A stretch of 64,000 nucleotides of DNA from an uncultured virus (IMG/VR IMGVR_UViG_3300030376_007133) (lineage: Duplodnaviria; Heunggongvirae; Uroviricota; Caudoviricetes). The translations under genes were made by a program, and so were the position numbers. The stretch lies in the IMG/VR virus record IMGVR_UViG_3300030376_007133; one strand, written 5' to 3'. Below, piece by piece: positions 18,671 to 28,094 of the stretch; position 1 is the first letter of the stretch, and the number at the start of each line of letters is the position of its first letter. The notes beneath the pieces are model-generated. The model did not search any database. It saw only the letters and a program-made list of their open reading frames with translations, and was not told the DNA's origin.

Positions 18671-18698
18671 AAAAATGGGGAGCTGACCGTAGCTCCCC
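18671..18698 (-). terminator. Intrinsic terminator
   Basis: GGGGAGCT-ACGGTC-AGCTCCCC-ATTTTT. Confidence 0.75.
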
Positions 18699-18726
18699 GC
18701 GCATCTATTACGTGATGACCCGATTC

Positions 18727-19095
18727 TTAGAATGCGAATGATACGCCGACTGTTGCGTCGCCGAATTCAAGATCTGCATCTGTACCGATTTCTCCGTACG
18801 CACGTAGACCTGTACCGCCGATTGTATACCCCGCTTCGAAGTCTACTCCCTTGAATACATCACCTTCGTTCAAGTTTATAACATCAAAAGTTGTTGATGC
18901 TTTAAAGTCAGTGCCCCAAGCATTCATACCGACTGATGGAACGAATTCCATAGCCCATAGCTCAGTTCCTGTGTCATAATTTAAGTCAGCTTTACCGCCT
19001 GCGGATAGAGTCTGACCAGCTACTGTGAGGTCCATAGCAGAAACTGCTGAGGACGCCATAATAAGAGTTGCTGCTACTGTTGCTGCAATTTTCAT
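18727..19095 (-). CDS. Small outer-membrane beta-barrel (porin-like) protein
   Basis: Signal peptide, amphipathic strands, C-terminal VGVSFAF. Confidence 0.7.
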   Translation of the reverse strand: MKIAATVAATLIMASSAVSAMDLTVAGQTLSAGGKADLNYDTGTELWAMEFVPSVGMNAWGTDFKASTTFDVINLNEGDVFKGVDFEAGYTIGGTGLRAYGEIGTDADLEFGDATVGVSFAF

Positions 19096-19110
19096 AATCG
19101 TTCTTCCTTT

Positions 19111-19347
19111 TTATTTACGATTCCAGATTTCATAGAGTACCCAAACGGCCACTAAACCTACGAGTCCCTGTGATCCTAATGTTGCTATTATTCCGCTAAC
19201 GTTAGATATCACGCTCGCAGTTGGCAAGAACGGCGTTAGAGTTGAACTAAGGCCTAAGACCTCAATTACAATCATTAGCGCTGCTATCGAAATACCGACT
19301 TCAGCGAGTGCTCCTGCCCATGTTTTAACTTTGTTTAAGATTTCCAT
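19111..19347 (-). CDS. Small membrane protein
   Basis: Two hydrophobic segments; GGGAG RBS. Confidence 0.65.
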   Translation of the reverse strand: MEILNKVKTWAGALAEVGISIAALMIVIEVLGLSSTLTPFLPTASVISNVSGIIATLGSQGLVGLVAVWVLYEIWNRK

Positions 19348-19371
19348 ATAATCTCCCCTTTCTTATATGAT

Positions 19372-19565
19372 GTCACTTTTCTGTTGCTAAGCAAGTGACC
19401 AGCTCCCTGTGATTATGCGGCTAGCGCAAATCCAGATGGTGCAAAATTATCGTTTGCAGTTATTGTTCGTAAACTAGATACCATGTCGATCCTTGTTCAC
19501 CCCCATAATTGGTGGAGGTGCTGGGTACCGCCCCCAGGTCCATACCATCTTTATAGCGTCTACAC
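19372..19565 (-). ncRNA. ssrA: Circularly permuted two-piece tmRNA; tag ANDNFAPSGFALAA (outer ends approximate)
   Basis: Acceptor piece ends CTGGG-GGCGGTA-CCCAG-CACCTCC-ACCA at 19510; 5-nt spacer; coding piece starts GGGGGTG at 19504 (G3.U70); tag ORF 19457-19413; terminal GCAACAGAA hairpin. Confidence 0.92.
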
Positions 19566-19625
19566 TAATATTTATTAAAGTTTAGTATACCACAATAAAC
19601 ATTATAGAGGAGTGTGACATATATA

Positions 19626-19901
19626 TCACAGTTGGTTATCATGCACATAAAGTTGTATCAAAGCATAATGTAATACTTTTAACAGATCTTTACGAGCATC
19701 ATCTCGAGATCCTTTCTTTCCATATCGGTTAGAATACTTATCAACGTTGCCCATACAAAAGCCTGTACCATGTCCACGTTCGATAATTACTTCAGTTGAT
19801 TGAAACTTATTAGTAGCATAATGCCCTTTATATGTTTCATCAATATAATTTTTAAACTCATCAATTAGATTAGATTCATTAAATTTGTAATCAATCTTCA
19901 T
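19626..19901 (-). CDS. DUF3310-like protein
   Basis: GHY...GFCMGNVDKY..RYGKKG...DLLKVLHY. Confidence 0.7.
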   Translation of the reverse strand: MKIDYKFNESNLIDEFKNYIDETYKGHYATNKFQSTEVIIERGHGTGFCMGNVDKYSNRYGKKGSRDDARKDLLKVLHYALIQLYVHDNQL

Positions 19902-20380
19902 TCCCAAACTCCATCATAATTATAAAAAATATGTCTACCAATAGTTCGTGTCATAAACATACCATCTGCTTTTGTCCACCAAGGATCTACATAATCAGCA
20001 TGATAATATATTGCATCAAATGTATAGTCAGGTGTGTCACCATGCATAACTTCTATTGCAATCTTCTTTGCTTGATTCCAAGCTTTATAGTCACGAGGAC
20101 GTGGATCATCTATAGTATGAGTCCAACTAAATTGCTTTGGTTGAAAAATAACTTCGCAAACACTGTTAGGAAATTGATCATGATGTACTCTATTCATAAC
20201 AACATGAGCAACTGCATATTGACCTTTTATTGGTTCACCACGAGCTTCGTGATAAATGTTAGCAGTCATACAATCTACTGTTTCTTTAAAGTCTACAACG
20301 CCGACCCATGTACAACCCATAACGGCCATAATGGATACGGCAGAAAAGACACCACCTAATCTGTTTATTGTTTTTTTCAT
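19898..20380 (-). CDS. SleB/Hydrolase_2 cell-wall hydrolase
   Basis: NIYHEARGE, AVAHVVMNRV, FPNSVCEV, QFSW, IGRHIFY. Confidence 0.9.
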   Translation of the reverse strand: MKKTINRLGGVFSAVSIMAVMGCTWVGVVDFKETVDCMTANIYHEARGEPIKGQYAVAHVVMNRVHHDQFPNSVCEVIFQPKQFSWTHTIDDPRPRDYKAWNQAKKIAIEVMHGDTPDYTFDAIYYHADYVDPWWTKADGMFMTRTIGRHIFYNYDGVWE

Positions 20381-20386
20381 GAGTAT

Positions 20387-20415
20387 ATTCTATCACAAAC
20401 AAAAGTGTTTGTACA
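20387..20415 (-). promoter_or_regulatory. Promoter TGTACA-N17-TAGAAT (leaderless geometry)
   Basis: -10 ends 6 nt before ATG 20380. Confidence 0.65.
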
Positions 20416-20418
20416 CAG

Positions 20419-20631
20419 TTAATTTAACTTTTTTATGCCTAAAGCCCAATTTTCTGCGGCATCTTCAACATACCTTAACGATTTACCTGGAAATTCTTCG
20501 CTATCAAAACGTGTACCATTTTCTTCATGGTATGTTATATAAGCATGTTCCTCTTTAAAGTTAAAGTGAACCTCACAATATTGCCCCTCGTTAGGAGCAT
20601 CGGCATAGTATGTATGAAGATGTTTATTCAT
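20419..20631 (-). CDS. Hypothetical protein
   Basis: Coupled ORF; YVEDAAENW motif. Confidence 0.6.
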   Translation of the reverse strand: MNKHLHTYYADAPNEGQYCEVHFNFKEEHAYITYHEENGTRFDSEEFPGKSLRYVEDAAENWALGIKKLN

Positions 20632-21308
20632 TGTACGTAGTCCTTTATTGTTGGAAAGATTTGTGTTATAGCTGTAGCAATTGCCTTTGCCAATTCCATG
20701 TGTTCTTTTTGTGTACCATTGTCCGATCGTAACTCAACGTAATGTATCCAACTTCGAATAGTTCCGTTGACGTATAACTTTGAGACAGTGTTGCCTTCAG
20801 GGAGAACAGCCCTTGCTTGTTCCTTTGCGATACCATTATCTATAGCCCATTCATATGCTTCTTTTGCCGCTTCAATAACAGATAATTGTTTAGCAGCCCA
20901 TATCATACTTAATCGTTCATCTTCAGTTTCAATACTATTCTGACGATTCTTAGTATCTTGTAACCGAGCTTCCCTTAAAACAAAATCATCAAGATCCCTG
21001 ATATCAGCATACCGCTGAGAAAACTCTTGAAATGAAAACGATCGGTGTCTAAGGAATTGTCTTGCGATATCTCTTGTTGTTTCGACTTCGATGCAGGCTG
21101 ATGCCATTTCGAACGGTGACCAGTGCTTGTGCTTGATGAGATATCCAAGTAACTTTGTCGTTGTTTTGGTGTTAGCTTGGTTTGACGGATTGGAGACACG
21201 GGCGCAATACGCGACGAGGTCTTGGATGTTTTCAAGTCCCATGATTCCTGGTTCGCCAGAGTGTACATGCCGTACAGGTTGTGAGTATGAGATGAGACGT
21301 GCACGCAT
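20628..21308 (-). CDS. thyX: Flavin-dependent thymidylate synthase
   Basis: RHRSFSFQEFSQRY; HWSPFE; EQARAVLP. Confidence 0.95.
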   Translation of the reverse strand: MRARLISYSQPVRHVHSGEPGIMGLENIQDLVAYCARVSNPSNQANTKTTTKLLGYLIKHKHWSPFEMASACIEVETTRDIARQFLRHRSFSFQEFSQRYADIRDLDDFVLREARLQDTKNRQNSIETEDERLSMIWAAKQLSVIEAAKEAYEWAIDNGIAKEQARAVLPEGNTVSKLYVNGTIRSWIHYVELRSDNGTQKEHMELAKAIATAITQIFPTIKDYVQ

Positions 21309-21457
21309 TATTTTCCTTGTCCTCGGTATTTCTTGTGACTTCTTTTCTTTGATTTATTCATAGAAGAGAATTTAACACTTCCATTACCTTGAGATGTTTT
21401 CTTATACTTAGATCTAGACCATGTACTTGCTGTAGTACCAATCATCACTTTAGCCAT
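21308..21457 (-). CDS. 49-aa basic protein (not in ORF track)
   Basis: MAKVMIG...SSMNKSKKRSHKKYRGQGK, a motif seen in T4-like phages. Confidence 0.65.
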   Translation of the reverse strand: MAKVMIGTTASTWSRSKYKKTSQGNGSVKFSSMNKSKKRSHKKYRGQGK

Positions 21458-21677
21458 TATATTTCCTTGTCATTGTATCATTTCCTTCAGGTAAACACAT
21501 GATAGCTTCTATTCTATCATTGAATCCACCTTTTGCTATTACTTCTATAGCAAGTGTACCTGCATTCTCTGCATTCATAACATAAGCAATGCATTCATTT
21601 TGAGTTTCAAACTTTAGGGTTTCTATTCCCCACGGTGCTGGTGTATTGAGAGTTACTAAAACTATTAACCACTTCAT
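21450..21677 (-). CDS. Small secreted/membrane protein with Cys pair
   Basis: MKWLIVLV; AGGAG RBS. Confidence 0.55.
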   Translation of the reverse strand: MKWLIVLVTLNTPAPWGIETLKFETQNECIAYVMNAENAGTLAIEVIAKGGFNDRIEAIMCLPEGNDTMTRKYNG

Positions 21678-21759
21678 TTATTTCTCCTGTGCATTATAAT
21701 TGCAACAGCAATCATTATTAAGGGGTATCCATACACCACCGTAAAGTATACCCATATCA

Positions 21760-22086
21760 TTATTCGTGTTCGCCACCATTACCACGCGAGTTATAATTTT
21801 GTGGCGCACTATATTTTTCTGCGCTATCATATACTATGGCTGTAATAAAAATACCAAAGACTACTAGTAAATGTCCACCTGCAGATATTCCAAATGCATA
21901 CGGATTATTTATTAGGGCTGCAAAGATACCACTCCACATGATAGCTAGTATTGAGAATACCATCAGGCCCAACTGAGGTGGTAGGTTACGAAGCGGCGAG
22001 TTCTTAATAGTCATTATACCGTTCCATGCATCCTTCATACTTAAGATTGTTGTTCCCCATCCTATAGGTTTTACTTTATCCTTCAT
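21760..22086 (-). CDS. Two-TM membrane protein
   Basis: Hydrophobic segments; NSPLRNLP. Confidence 0.6.
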   Translation of the reverse strand: MKDKVKPIGWGTTILSMKDAWNGIMTIKNSPLRNLPPQLGLMVFSILAIMWSGIFAALINNPYAFGISAGGHLLVVFGIFITAIVYDSAEKYSAPQNYNSRGNGGEHE

Positions 22087-22304
22087 TTGTTTTCCTTTAT
22101 GTTTATATTACTTGGATTGTATTGTTCACCATTGTATTTACTGCCTGTTGCATTAGGCCCAGTTTCCACACCATTGTTACATGCAAATAGTACAACTAAA
22201 AGGAATATTATAGAAACTAGTACAACTCTCTTAGTCCATACTATAAACTCTACAAACGTTTTTTCAGCTTCTTCTTGTGCAGCTTTCTTTGGATCTAATT
22301 CCAT
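22083..22304 (-). CDS. Single-TM protein resembling aa3 cytochrome c oxidase subunit IV (CtaH)
   Basis: EKTFVEFIVWTKRVVLVSIIFLLVVLF. Confidence 0.45.
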   Translation of the reverse strand: MELDPKKAAQEEAEKTFVEFIVWTKRVVLVSIIFLLVVLFACNNGVETGPNATGSKYNGEQYNPSNINIKENK

Positions 22305-22438
22305 TCTCTAGGCTCCACCCATGGATAACAAGGTATAATACTTTGCTTACAATACTTAGCATTGTCAACTAACAACACTGGTAAGATTACAATTACAAAT
22401 ACACAAAATAAAAAAGGCCACATTATTCCTTTCATCAC

Positions 22439-23812
22439 TTACTCCATTTTAAAGTTACTAAATTTCTCTTGTGCCGTGGAATTATCAAAAACTGGTACGT
22501 CTTGTACTAAGTTTTGTTGTGATTCAGCCACATCAAATAACTTCATACGTGATCTATCTATACCTACCACAAACCTCTTATGTGTGGCAGGATCATTATA
22601 ACGATTCTTTAATTGTTTAATCATTATCTGATTCTGTGATTCTAACTCTTCATTAGAAACGAGAGCAAACATCAAGTCCGCCGTTGCGGGTAATCCAAAA
22701 GACTCGGACGTATCTTCAAGCCCAGGATCAGAGCTGCCATAACCACTACGCGTCGTTTGAGTTGCAGATACGATCGGAACGTCAAATTCGACCGCCAGAC
22801 CACGTAGCTCTTCAGCAATTGCTTTGATGTATGTATAAGAATTGATAGATCCTCCCATTGCTTTCATACGAGAAGATGCACAAATATTCAAGTAATCTAT
22901 GAATATCATATCAGGTACAAACTTCTTCTTTAGTTTAAGTTCATTCAACAGCGCTCGGAAGTGATTGCTATGTGCAGAACCAGTCGGATATTCTTTTACG
23001 ATCAGTTTACCGTTTGTCATCTTCTTTAGTTTTGCAATCTTGTTAGAAAACATATCAAATGACAATGTAGGTATTATATCTAATGGTGTATCTAGTAAGT
23101 TAGCATCGATTCTTTCAGCGATACGTTCTTCTGACATTTCCATTGTGATGTATAAAACATTTTTACCTTGTGCTAGTACGCTTCCAGCAACATGGCACAT
23201 AAAGAGAGATTTACCAACGCCAGTGCCAGCCAAAGCAATATTAAGTGTTTTATTGGGTAAACCACCTTTAGTAATGAGGTTAAGTTTTTCGATGTCAAAC
23301 TCTATCCTTTTCTCATCTGCATGGTAAAAATCATATCGTTCAGAGAATGCTTCGATATAATCATGACCAATGTTTGTATCAAATGATACGGCAAGAGCTT
23401 TTTGTAATAGATCAGGTAATGAATTTTTAGATAGCGTTTTGTGTTTACCATCAATAACTGTAATAGCTTCTAGTACAGCTTTATGTACTGCCTGATCTTG
23501 ACACCACTTCTCAGTAGTATTCTCAAGCCATTGCGTATCAATTTCTTCTATCTTAAATATATCAGGAATTATTGATGATGCTTCAGTATAATCATTTGCA
23601 TTTGCAAATCTATCAGACTGATCTACCTCAATACGAAAAGCCTCCTCAGTTGGAAGCTTGTTATACTTCGCAACAAAGGATGCCAATTCTTTAAATAACT
23701 TCTGATGGATACCAGTAAAATAATCTGGTTGTATAAACGGCAGAACCTTACGCATGTAATTTTCATTAGTCAATACATTTCTTAATATAGTTTGTTGTAG
23801 ATTCTCACTCAA
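22439..23812 (-). CDS. gp41: Replicative DNA helicase
   Basis: ALAGTGVGKS, IFIDYLNI, SATQTTR, QLKNRY. Confidence 0.95.
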   Translation of the reverse strand: MSENLQQTILRNVLTNENYMRKVLPFIQPDYFTGIHQKLFKELASFVAKYNKLPTEEAFRIEVDQSDRFANANDYTEASSIIPDIFKIEEIDTQWLENTTEKWCQDQAVHKAVLEAITVIDGKHKTLSKNSLPDLLQKALAVSFDTNIGHDYIEAFSERYDFYHADEKRIEFDIEKLNLITKGGLPNKTLNIALAGTGVGKSLFMCHVAGSVLAQGKNVLYITMEMSEERIAERIDANLLDTPLDIIPTLSFDMFSNKIAKLKKMTNGKLIVKEYPTGSAHSNHFRALLNELKLKKKFVPDMIFIDYLNICASSRMKAMGGSINSYTYIKAIAEELRGLAVEFDVPIVSATQTTRSGYGSSDPGLEDTSESFGLPATADLMFALVSNEELESQNQIMIKQLKNRYNDPATHKRFVVGIDRSRMKLFDVAESQQNLVQDVPVFDNSTAQEKFSNFKME

Positions 23813-24128
23813 GATCTTTTGCTTTCACTTTTTCTGCTTCTTGGAATAATGTAAATAATACATCACCGGCAGCCTTTTGTAAACCACTATTTTTTTCTGT
23901 TAAGTCAGGATCCGGTGTTGATTTAATAGCAAAGTCAAATGCTAGTTGAAACTCATCTTCATCTGCTGGATCATCAATCATACGTAGATTTTTAAATCCA
24001 ATCAATGTCTCAACAAATGCACCTGTTAGAAGGCGAACGTTAAATTCCATTTCGCCTTCACCAGGATTTGCTTCTTCTTCGATTGCAAAGTCAATGTCTT
24101 CTTTTAAGAAGTCACTTGTAATAGTCAT
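23805..24128 (-). CDS. Acidic hypothetical protein at the gp40 position
   Basis: Synteny between uvsX and gp41. Confidence 0.55.
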   Translation of the reverse strand: MTITSDFLKEDIDFAIEEEANPGEGEMEFNVRLLTGAFVETLIGFKNLRMIDDPADEDEFQLAFDFAIKSTPDPDLTEKNSGLQKAAGDVLFTLFQEAEKVKAKDLE

Positions 24129-25174
24129 ACTGTTTCCTCTACAATTTCATCCATAGATACTTGTTCTTTGTAACCAATTGAATATTGCTTCTTGACAAAC
24201 TCTTTAAAATCTGTTTTATTAAAGATGTCAATCCAGAAAAACTGTCCGAGTGTATCTCCATACCTTACTTTATTACCTAACTCACCGGTCTCCTGGTCGA
24301 CCACAGCATACCACCCATTCGATGGTTTCTCAACATATCCACCTGCTAAGGCAACATCAAGTAATCCACTATAATCTTCGACGCCACCTTCCCATGAGAC
24401 GGTGATTGGTATCTTAGACTTTTCTTTTACATAGCGTGATTTCTCTACGTTAATTACAAAGTGATAACCTTGAATCTCTGTACCTTTTTTGTCTTGTTGA
24501 CGACCAATGATCCAGATATTATCAGCTGAATAGTAAAGACCTGTACCACCACCAACAACGGCTTTAGGGAACAGACCGATTTCCATATATGTATGGTTAA
24601 CAGCAACCATAGGAATATTCTTCATAGTTAAGTATGGAGTTGCCATACGAAATAAACCTTTGAGTGCTTTTGCCCTTGACATATCTGCCACTGACTTTTC
24701 ATTCATAGCATCATCAAGTTCTTTCTTCGATGCTAAGTTACCGATTGAATCAATAACAATAATAACATGATCATCACGATCGATGTTCTCAAGTTGATTG
24801 ACTAGATCGAATTTTAGTTCTTCTACATTTGTAATCGGTGTGTGAAGAACACGGCTAGGATCAATATCAAATTGACTAAAATAATTTTGAGGTGAGCCAA
24901 ACTCAGAATCATAAAATAACATAACGGCATCTTTGTGATGCTTCATGTAAGCACCAGCCATAAGTAAAGCAAATGAAGTTTTGAAATGCTTTGATGGACC
25001 GGCAAGAACGGTAAGACCGGCAGATAGACCACCATCAATATCACCTGACAAGGCAACATTAATCATTGGTACATCTGTCTTTACCATATCCTTTTCATTA
25101 AAAAATTTAGACTCAGAAAGAACCTCCGTAGCTTTTAGCTTGGAGTTCTTTTTGAGTTTATCCATGATAGACAT
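24125..25174 (-). CDS. uvsX: RecA-like recombinase
   Basis: AGPSKHFKT, FYDSEFG, IDSIGNL, EKSRYVKE. Confidence 0.95.
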   Translation of the reverse strand: MSIMDKLKKNSKLKATEVLSESKFFNEKDMVKTDVPMINVALSGDIDGGLSAGLTVLAGPSKHFKTSFALLMAGAYMKHHKDAVMLFYDSEFGSPQNYFSQFDIDPSRVLHTPITNVEELKFDLVNQLENIDRDDHVIIVIDSIGNLASKKELDDAMNEKSVADMSRAKALKGLFRMATPYLTMKNIPMVAVNHTYMEIGLFPKAVVGGGTGLYYSADNIWIIGRQQDKKGTEIQGYHFVINVEKSRYVKEKSKIPITVSWEGGVEDYSGLLDVALAGGYVEKPSNGWYAVVDQETGELGNKVRYGDTLGQFFWIDIFNKTDFKEFVKKQYSIGYKEQVSMDEIVEETV

Positions 25175-25202
25175 GCATAATCTCCTTTAGATTGATAAGA
25201 AT

Positions 25203-25231
25203 ATTATATCACGATTTACGGGTATTGTAAA
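25203..25231 (-). promoter_or_regulatory. Promoter TTTACA-N17-TATAAT for uvsX
   Basis: Exact spacing. Confidence 0.65.
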
Positions 25232-26024
25232 CAATATTATTTGACTTTTCTCTGTCATCTACTTCATATTGTTTTCTTACTTCGTTATTAGCATCGATGA
25301 CTTCTTCAAGGATACTAAAATCACCAGCATAATGTAAAAAAGCTGACGTATCTTTTGGGAAACAAGCTCCACCAAATCCGTGTTTACCATCGTAACCTGG
25401 TACAGTTGTATGTGATGCTCCGATACGGGGATCATCAATCATTGCATTAACTACACGAGAATATCTTGCTTTAGATTTATGTATAATTTCTGCGAATTGG
25501 TTGAACCACATTACTTTACTTGCAAGATAACAATTGATACCGTACTTGATAAAACTTGCTTCTTCGAATGTGGTATAGTGAGTGGGACATTGACGACATG
25601 CACTATAGTCATCATAATATTTTTTTAGTTGTTTGCAATCCTCTTCATAACCACCAAATACATGAATAGTAGGATTTAAAAATTCTTCTATTGCATTACG
25701 TTCGGCAAGAAACTCAGGATTATAAACTACTCGTTCAAATTGTAAAGGCATAACATCAGGAGTAATAGTAGATTTAACTACAATTAATGCATTTGTATTT
25801 TTACGTAACCATTCAGTCGCTTCTAATACTAAGTCAGCATTGATTGTACCATCATCATTCATTGGTGTAGGTAAACATACACAAGCTAGATCTATAAACT
25901 TATTTAAATCTTTTAACTTAGTTCCATATAATGGATCTACTATATATTTTTCTATACGAGGATCGTTAAATCCTGCATCCACAGCTTTACCTACAAAGCC
26001 ATGGCCTATGATTGCCATCTTCAT
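25209..26024 (-). CDS. UDP-glucose/GDP-mannose dehydrogenase family
   Basis: IIGHGFVG, CLPTP, KST, YNPEFL, GFGGACFPKD. Confidence 0.9.
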   Translation of the reverse strand: MKMAIIGHGFVGKAVDAGFNDPRIEKYIVDPLYGTKLKDLNKFIDLACVCLPTPMNDDGTINADLVLEATEWLRKNTNALIVVKSTITPDVMPLQFERVVYNPEFLAERNAIEEFLNPTIHVFGGYEEDCKQLKKYYDDYSACRQCPTHYTTFEEASFIKYGINCYLASKVMWFNQFAEIIHKSKARYSRVVNAMIDDPRIGASHTTVPGYDGKHGFGGACFPKDTSAFLHYAGDFSILEEVIDANNEVRKQYEVDDREKSNNIVYNTRKS

Positions 26025-26980
26025 TAATTTACCTTATGATAAGTTTTATACCATTCTACAAAATTTGCAACGCCTTCTTGCACTGATACCTTTGGTTTAT
26101 ACCCTAATGCTTGTAGCTTAGTTGTATCTGACCAAGTGTCTTGAAGATCAGCAGGATGCATTGGGCTATAGCGAATGTTGGCTTCTCTATCTAGATTCTT
26201 TTCGATCTCTCTGACAAAGTCCATAAGCTGTACACGTTCGCCATAACCGATATTATATATTTCATTTTTACCGTGTTCCATAGACTCAAGCGCAATTATT
26301 ACTCCATCTACAATATCATCTATGTAAGTAAAATCACGTGACATGTTGCCATCATTATATACTTCTATCTCTGTACCATGTATAATATTATCTACGAATT
26401 TATATAGTGCCATATCTGGTCTACCCCATGGACCATAAGCTGTAAAGAATCTTAGACCAGTAGTAGATGGTATACGTGCGTAATTAAACATAGATTCATT
26501 TGCAATCTTAGTCATGGCATATGGATGTTTAGCTTGACCGGGTGGATCCTCTTTAAATGGAATCGGTCCTGTATTCACACTTGATGTTGATGCATATACA
26601 ACTTTATGTATTGCTAACATTTCACATGCCTCAATCAAATTATGAGTACCTTTAATATTATTCATCATATATAATTGTGGTTGTTCTAATGAAAACCTGA
26701 CGCCAGGATAACCAGCTAAATGAATGACAGCATCTGGATTTTCGGTATACATAAAGTCTACCATTTTATCACGATCTAATAAATCAATATTATGTATTGC
26801 TGCTCTTTCACGTTTATTAATATGAGCTGAATTAATTTGAGTAACTCTATCCCATTTTAAATTAGGATTATAGTATTCATTATAATTATCGATACCGCAT
26901 ACTTCATAACCTCTATTGATAAGATTCACACACGTATGCATACCTATGAAGCCAGCAGCTCCTGTCACCATTACTTTCAT
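26024..26980 (-). CDS. NAD-dependent nucleotide-sugar epimerase (UDP-glucuronate 4-epimerase-like)
   Basis: TGAAGFIG, YAMTK, LRFFTAYGPWGRPDMA, RDFTYIDDIV. Confidence 0.9.
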   Translation of the reverse strand: MKVMVTGAAGFIGMHTCVNLINRGYEVCGIDNYNEYYNPNLKWDRVTQINSAHINKRERAAIHNIDLLDRDKMVDFMYTENPDAVIHLAGYPGVRFSLEQPQLYMMNNIKGTHNLIEACEMLAIHKVVYASTSSVNTGPIPFKEDPPGQAKHPYAMTKIANESMFNYARIPSTTGLRFFTAYGPWGRPDMALYKFVDNIIHGTEIEVYNDGNMSRDFTYIDDIVDGVIIALESMEHGKNEIYNIGYGERVQLMDFVREIEKNLDREANIRYSPMHPADLQDTWSDTTKLQALGYKPKVSVQEGVANFVEWYKTYHKVN

Positions 26981-27086
26981 TTCTTCATCCTCTTCATGGC
27001 TTTACGTATTCCATACCAAAACCATATCTTCCAAAATATAGTAGCCCAAGGATCTGTATACATGATATAATATTTAATCTTTTTTA

Positions 27087-28094
27087 TCATACCATAAAAT
27101 CCTCTAATGCTCTTACAGGAGGAGTGCCTTGTCTTTGTTCCCAACCTGATTCCCAACCAGAATTATTTGCCAATGTAGATGGTATGTGATCAAACGTGCC
27201 ATTACCTCTTGGCACATAGTTTTGTCCGAACCTTACAAAGTCACACATTACGTCTTCAAGATCTTTTGGTTTACCGCCTGTTTTTTCACGTAGTAAATCC
27301 ATAAAGGCATCTGCTTTCCAACCTGATGATAGTTTCTTCATACAACGCACGGCATTGTTACCTAAGTATGTGTGGCTATCTACATCAGTGAGCTCGGGAA
27401 AATAATCAGAGCAGTCCATAGAGAAAGCCGCATACTGAAAATTAAACTTTCTGTGACCATTTCTTCTATTGTGTTCATTAAGATGATCGACAATATCTTT
27501 ATGGCCTCGCTTCTTCTTATATAAAAACTCTCCAGTACTATGTATCAAGTCTGGTAATTCCTTGACCATAAAGTCTACGTTACTCACGCCTTTCTTAGGT
27601 GCGGGCGGTTGATTACCAATAGAAGTAAACATTGACTTACCTGATTCTTTTGTTTGAACCAGATCTTCTGCCATATCTTGTATATCTCTATGTCTGCCCC
27701 AATGTTGAACTATGTTGTTACGATAACCATGATCGTTCTCAAAGCTTGCACCAGAACCTGTAATCCTATGACACATAAAAGTATATAGCCAAGTTTCTAT
27801 TGGCCAATTAATCTCATCATTCTTTGCACTTATGTCACGTCTATCTTTCTTTTGCCAACGCCATTTAGGTGTCTTCGATCCAAATCTCAGATCTTGTAAT
27901 ACATTTGAAAAGCCTGCAGCGTTTCTTGTTTTACAATCGTAGATATCGATCTTCTGCATAAGAGGATCGTCAATAATTTTATTTGCTTCTGGTCCTTCGT
28001 AATCTAGTTGTCCCCAGTTTACGTTGTCTTGTAACCAGCCAGCTCGTGGATAATAATAATCAACTAATACGTCGATTGCTTCTTCATTCAACAT
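27087..28094 (-). CDS. Putative aGPT-Pplase / amino-acid:DNA transferase-like helical DNA-modification enzyme
   Basis: FMCHRITGS; D-YFP..D; C-terminal DLEDVMCDFVRF resembling the family ExxxC[DE]xx[KR] motif; context. Confidence 0.55.
   Translation of the reverse strand: MLNEEAIDVLVDYYYPRAGWLQDNVNWGQLDYEGPEANKIIDDPLMQKIDIYDCKTRNAAGFSNVLQDLRFGSKTPKWRWQKKDRRDISAKNDEINWPIETWLYTFMCHRITGSGASFENDHGYRNNIVQHWGRHRDIQDMAEDLVQTKESGKSMFTSIGNQPPAPKKGVSNVDFMVKELPDLIHSTGEFLYKKKRGHKDIVDHLNEHNRRNGHRKFNFQYAAFSMDCSDYFPELTDVDSHTYLGNNAVRCMKKLSSGWKADAFMDLLREKTGGKPKDLEDVMCDFVRFGQNYVPRGNGTFDHIPSTLANNSGWESGWEQRQGTPPVRALEDFMV

Noticed and set aside
19490..19545. tRNA-Ala gene or attachment-site fragment
   Set aside because: No anticodon arm; the halves are permuted and followed by a tag reading frame, which fits tmRNA
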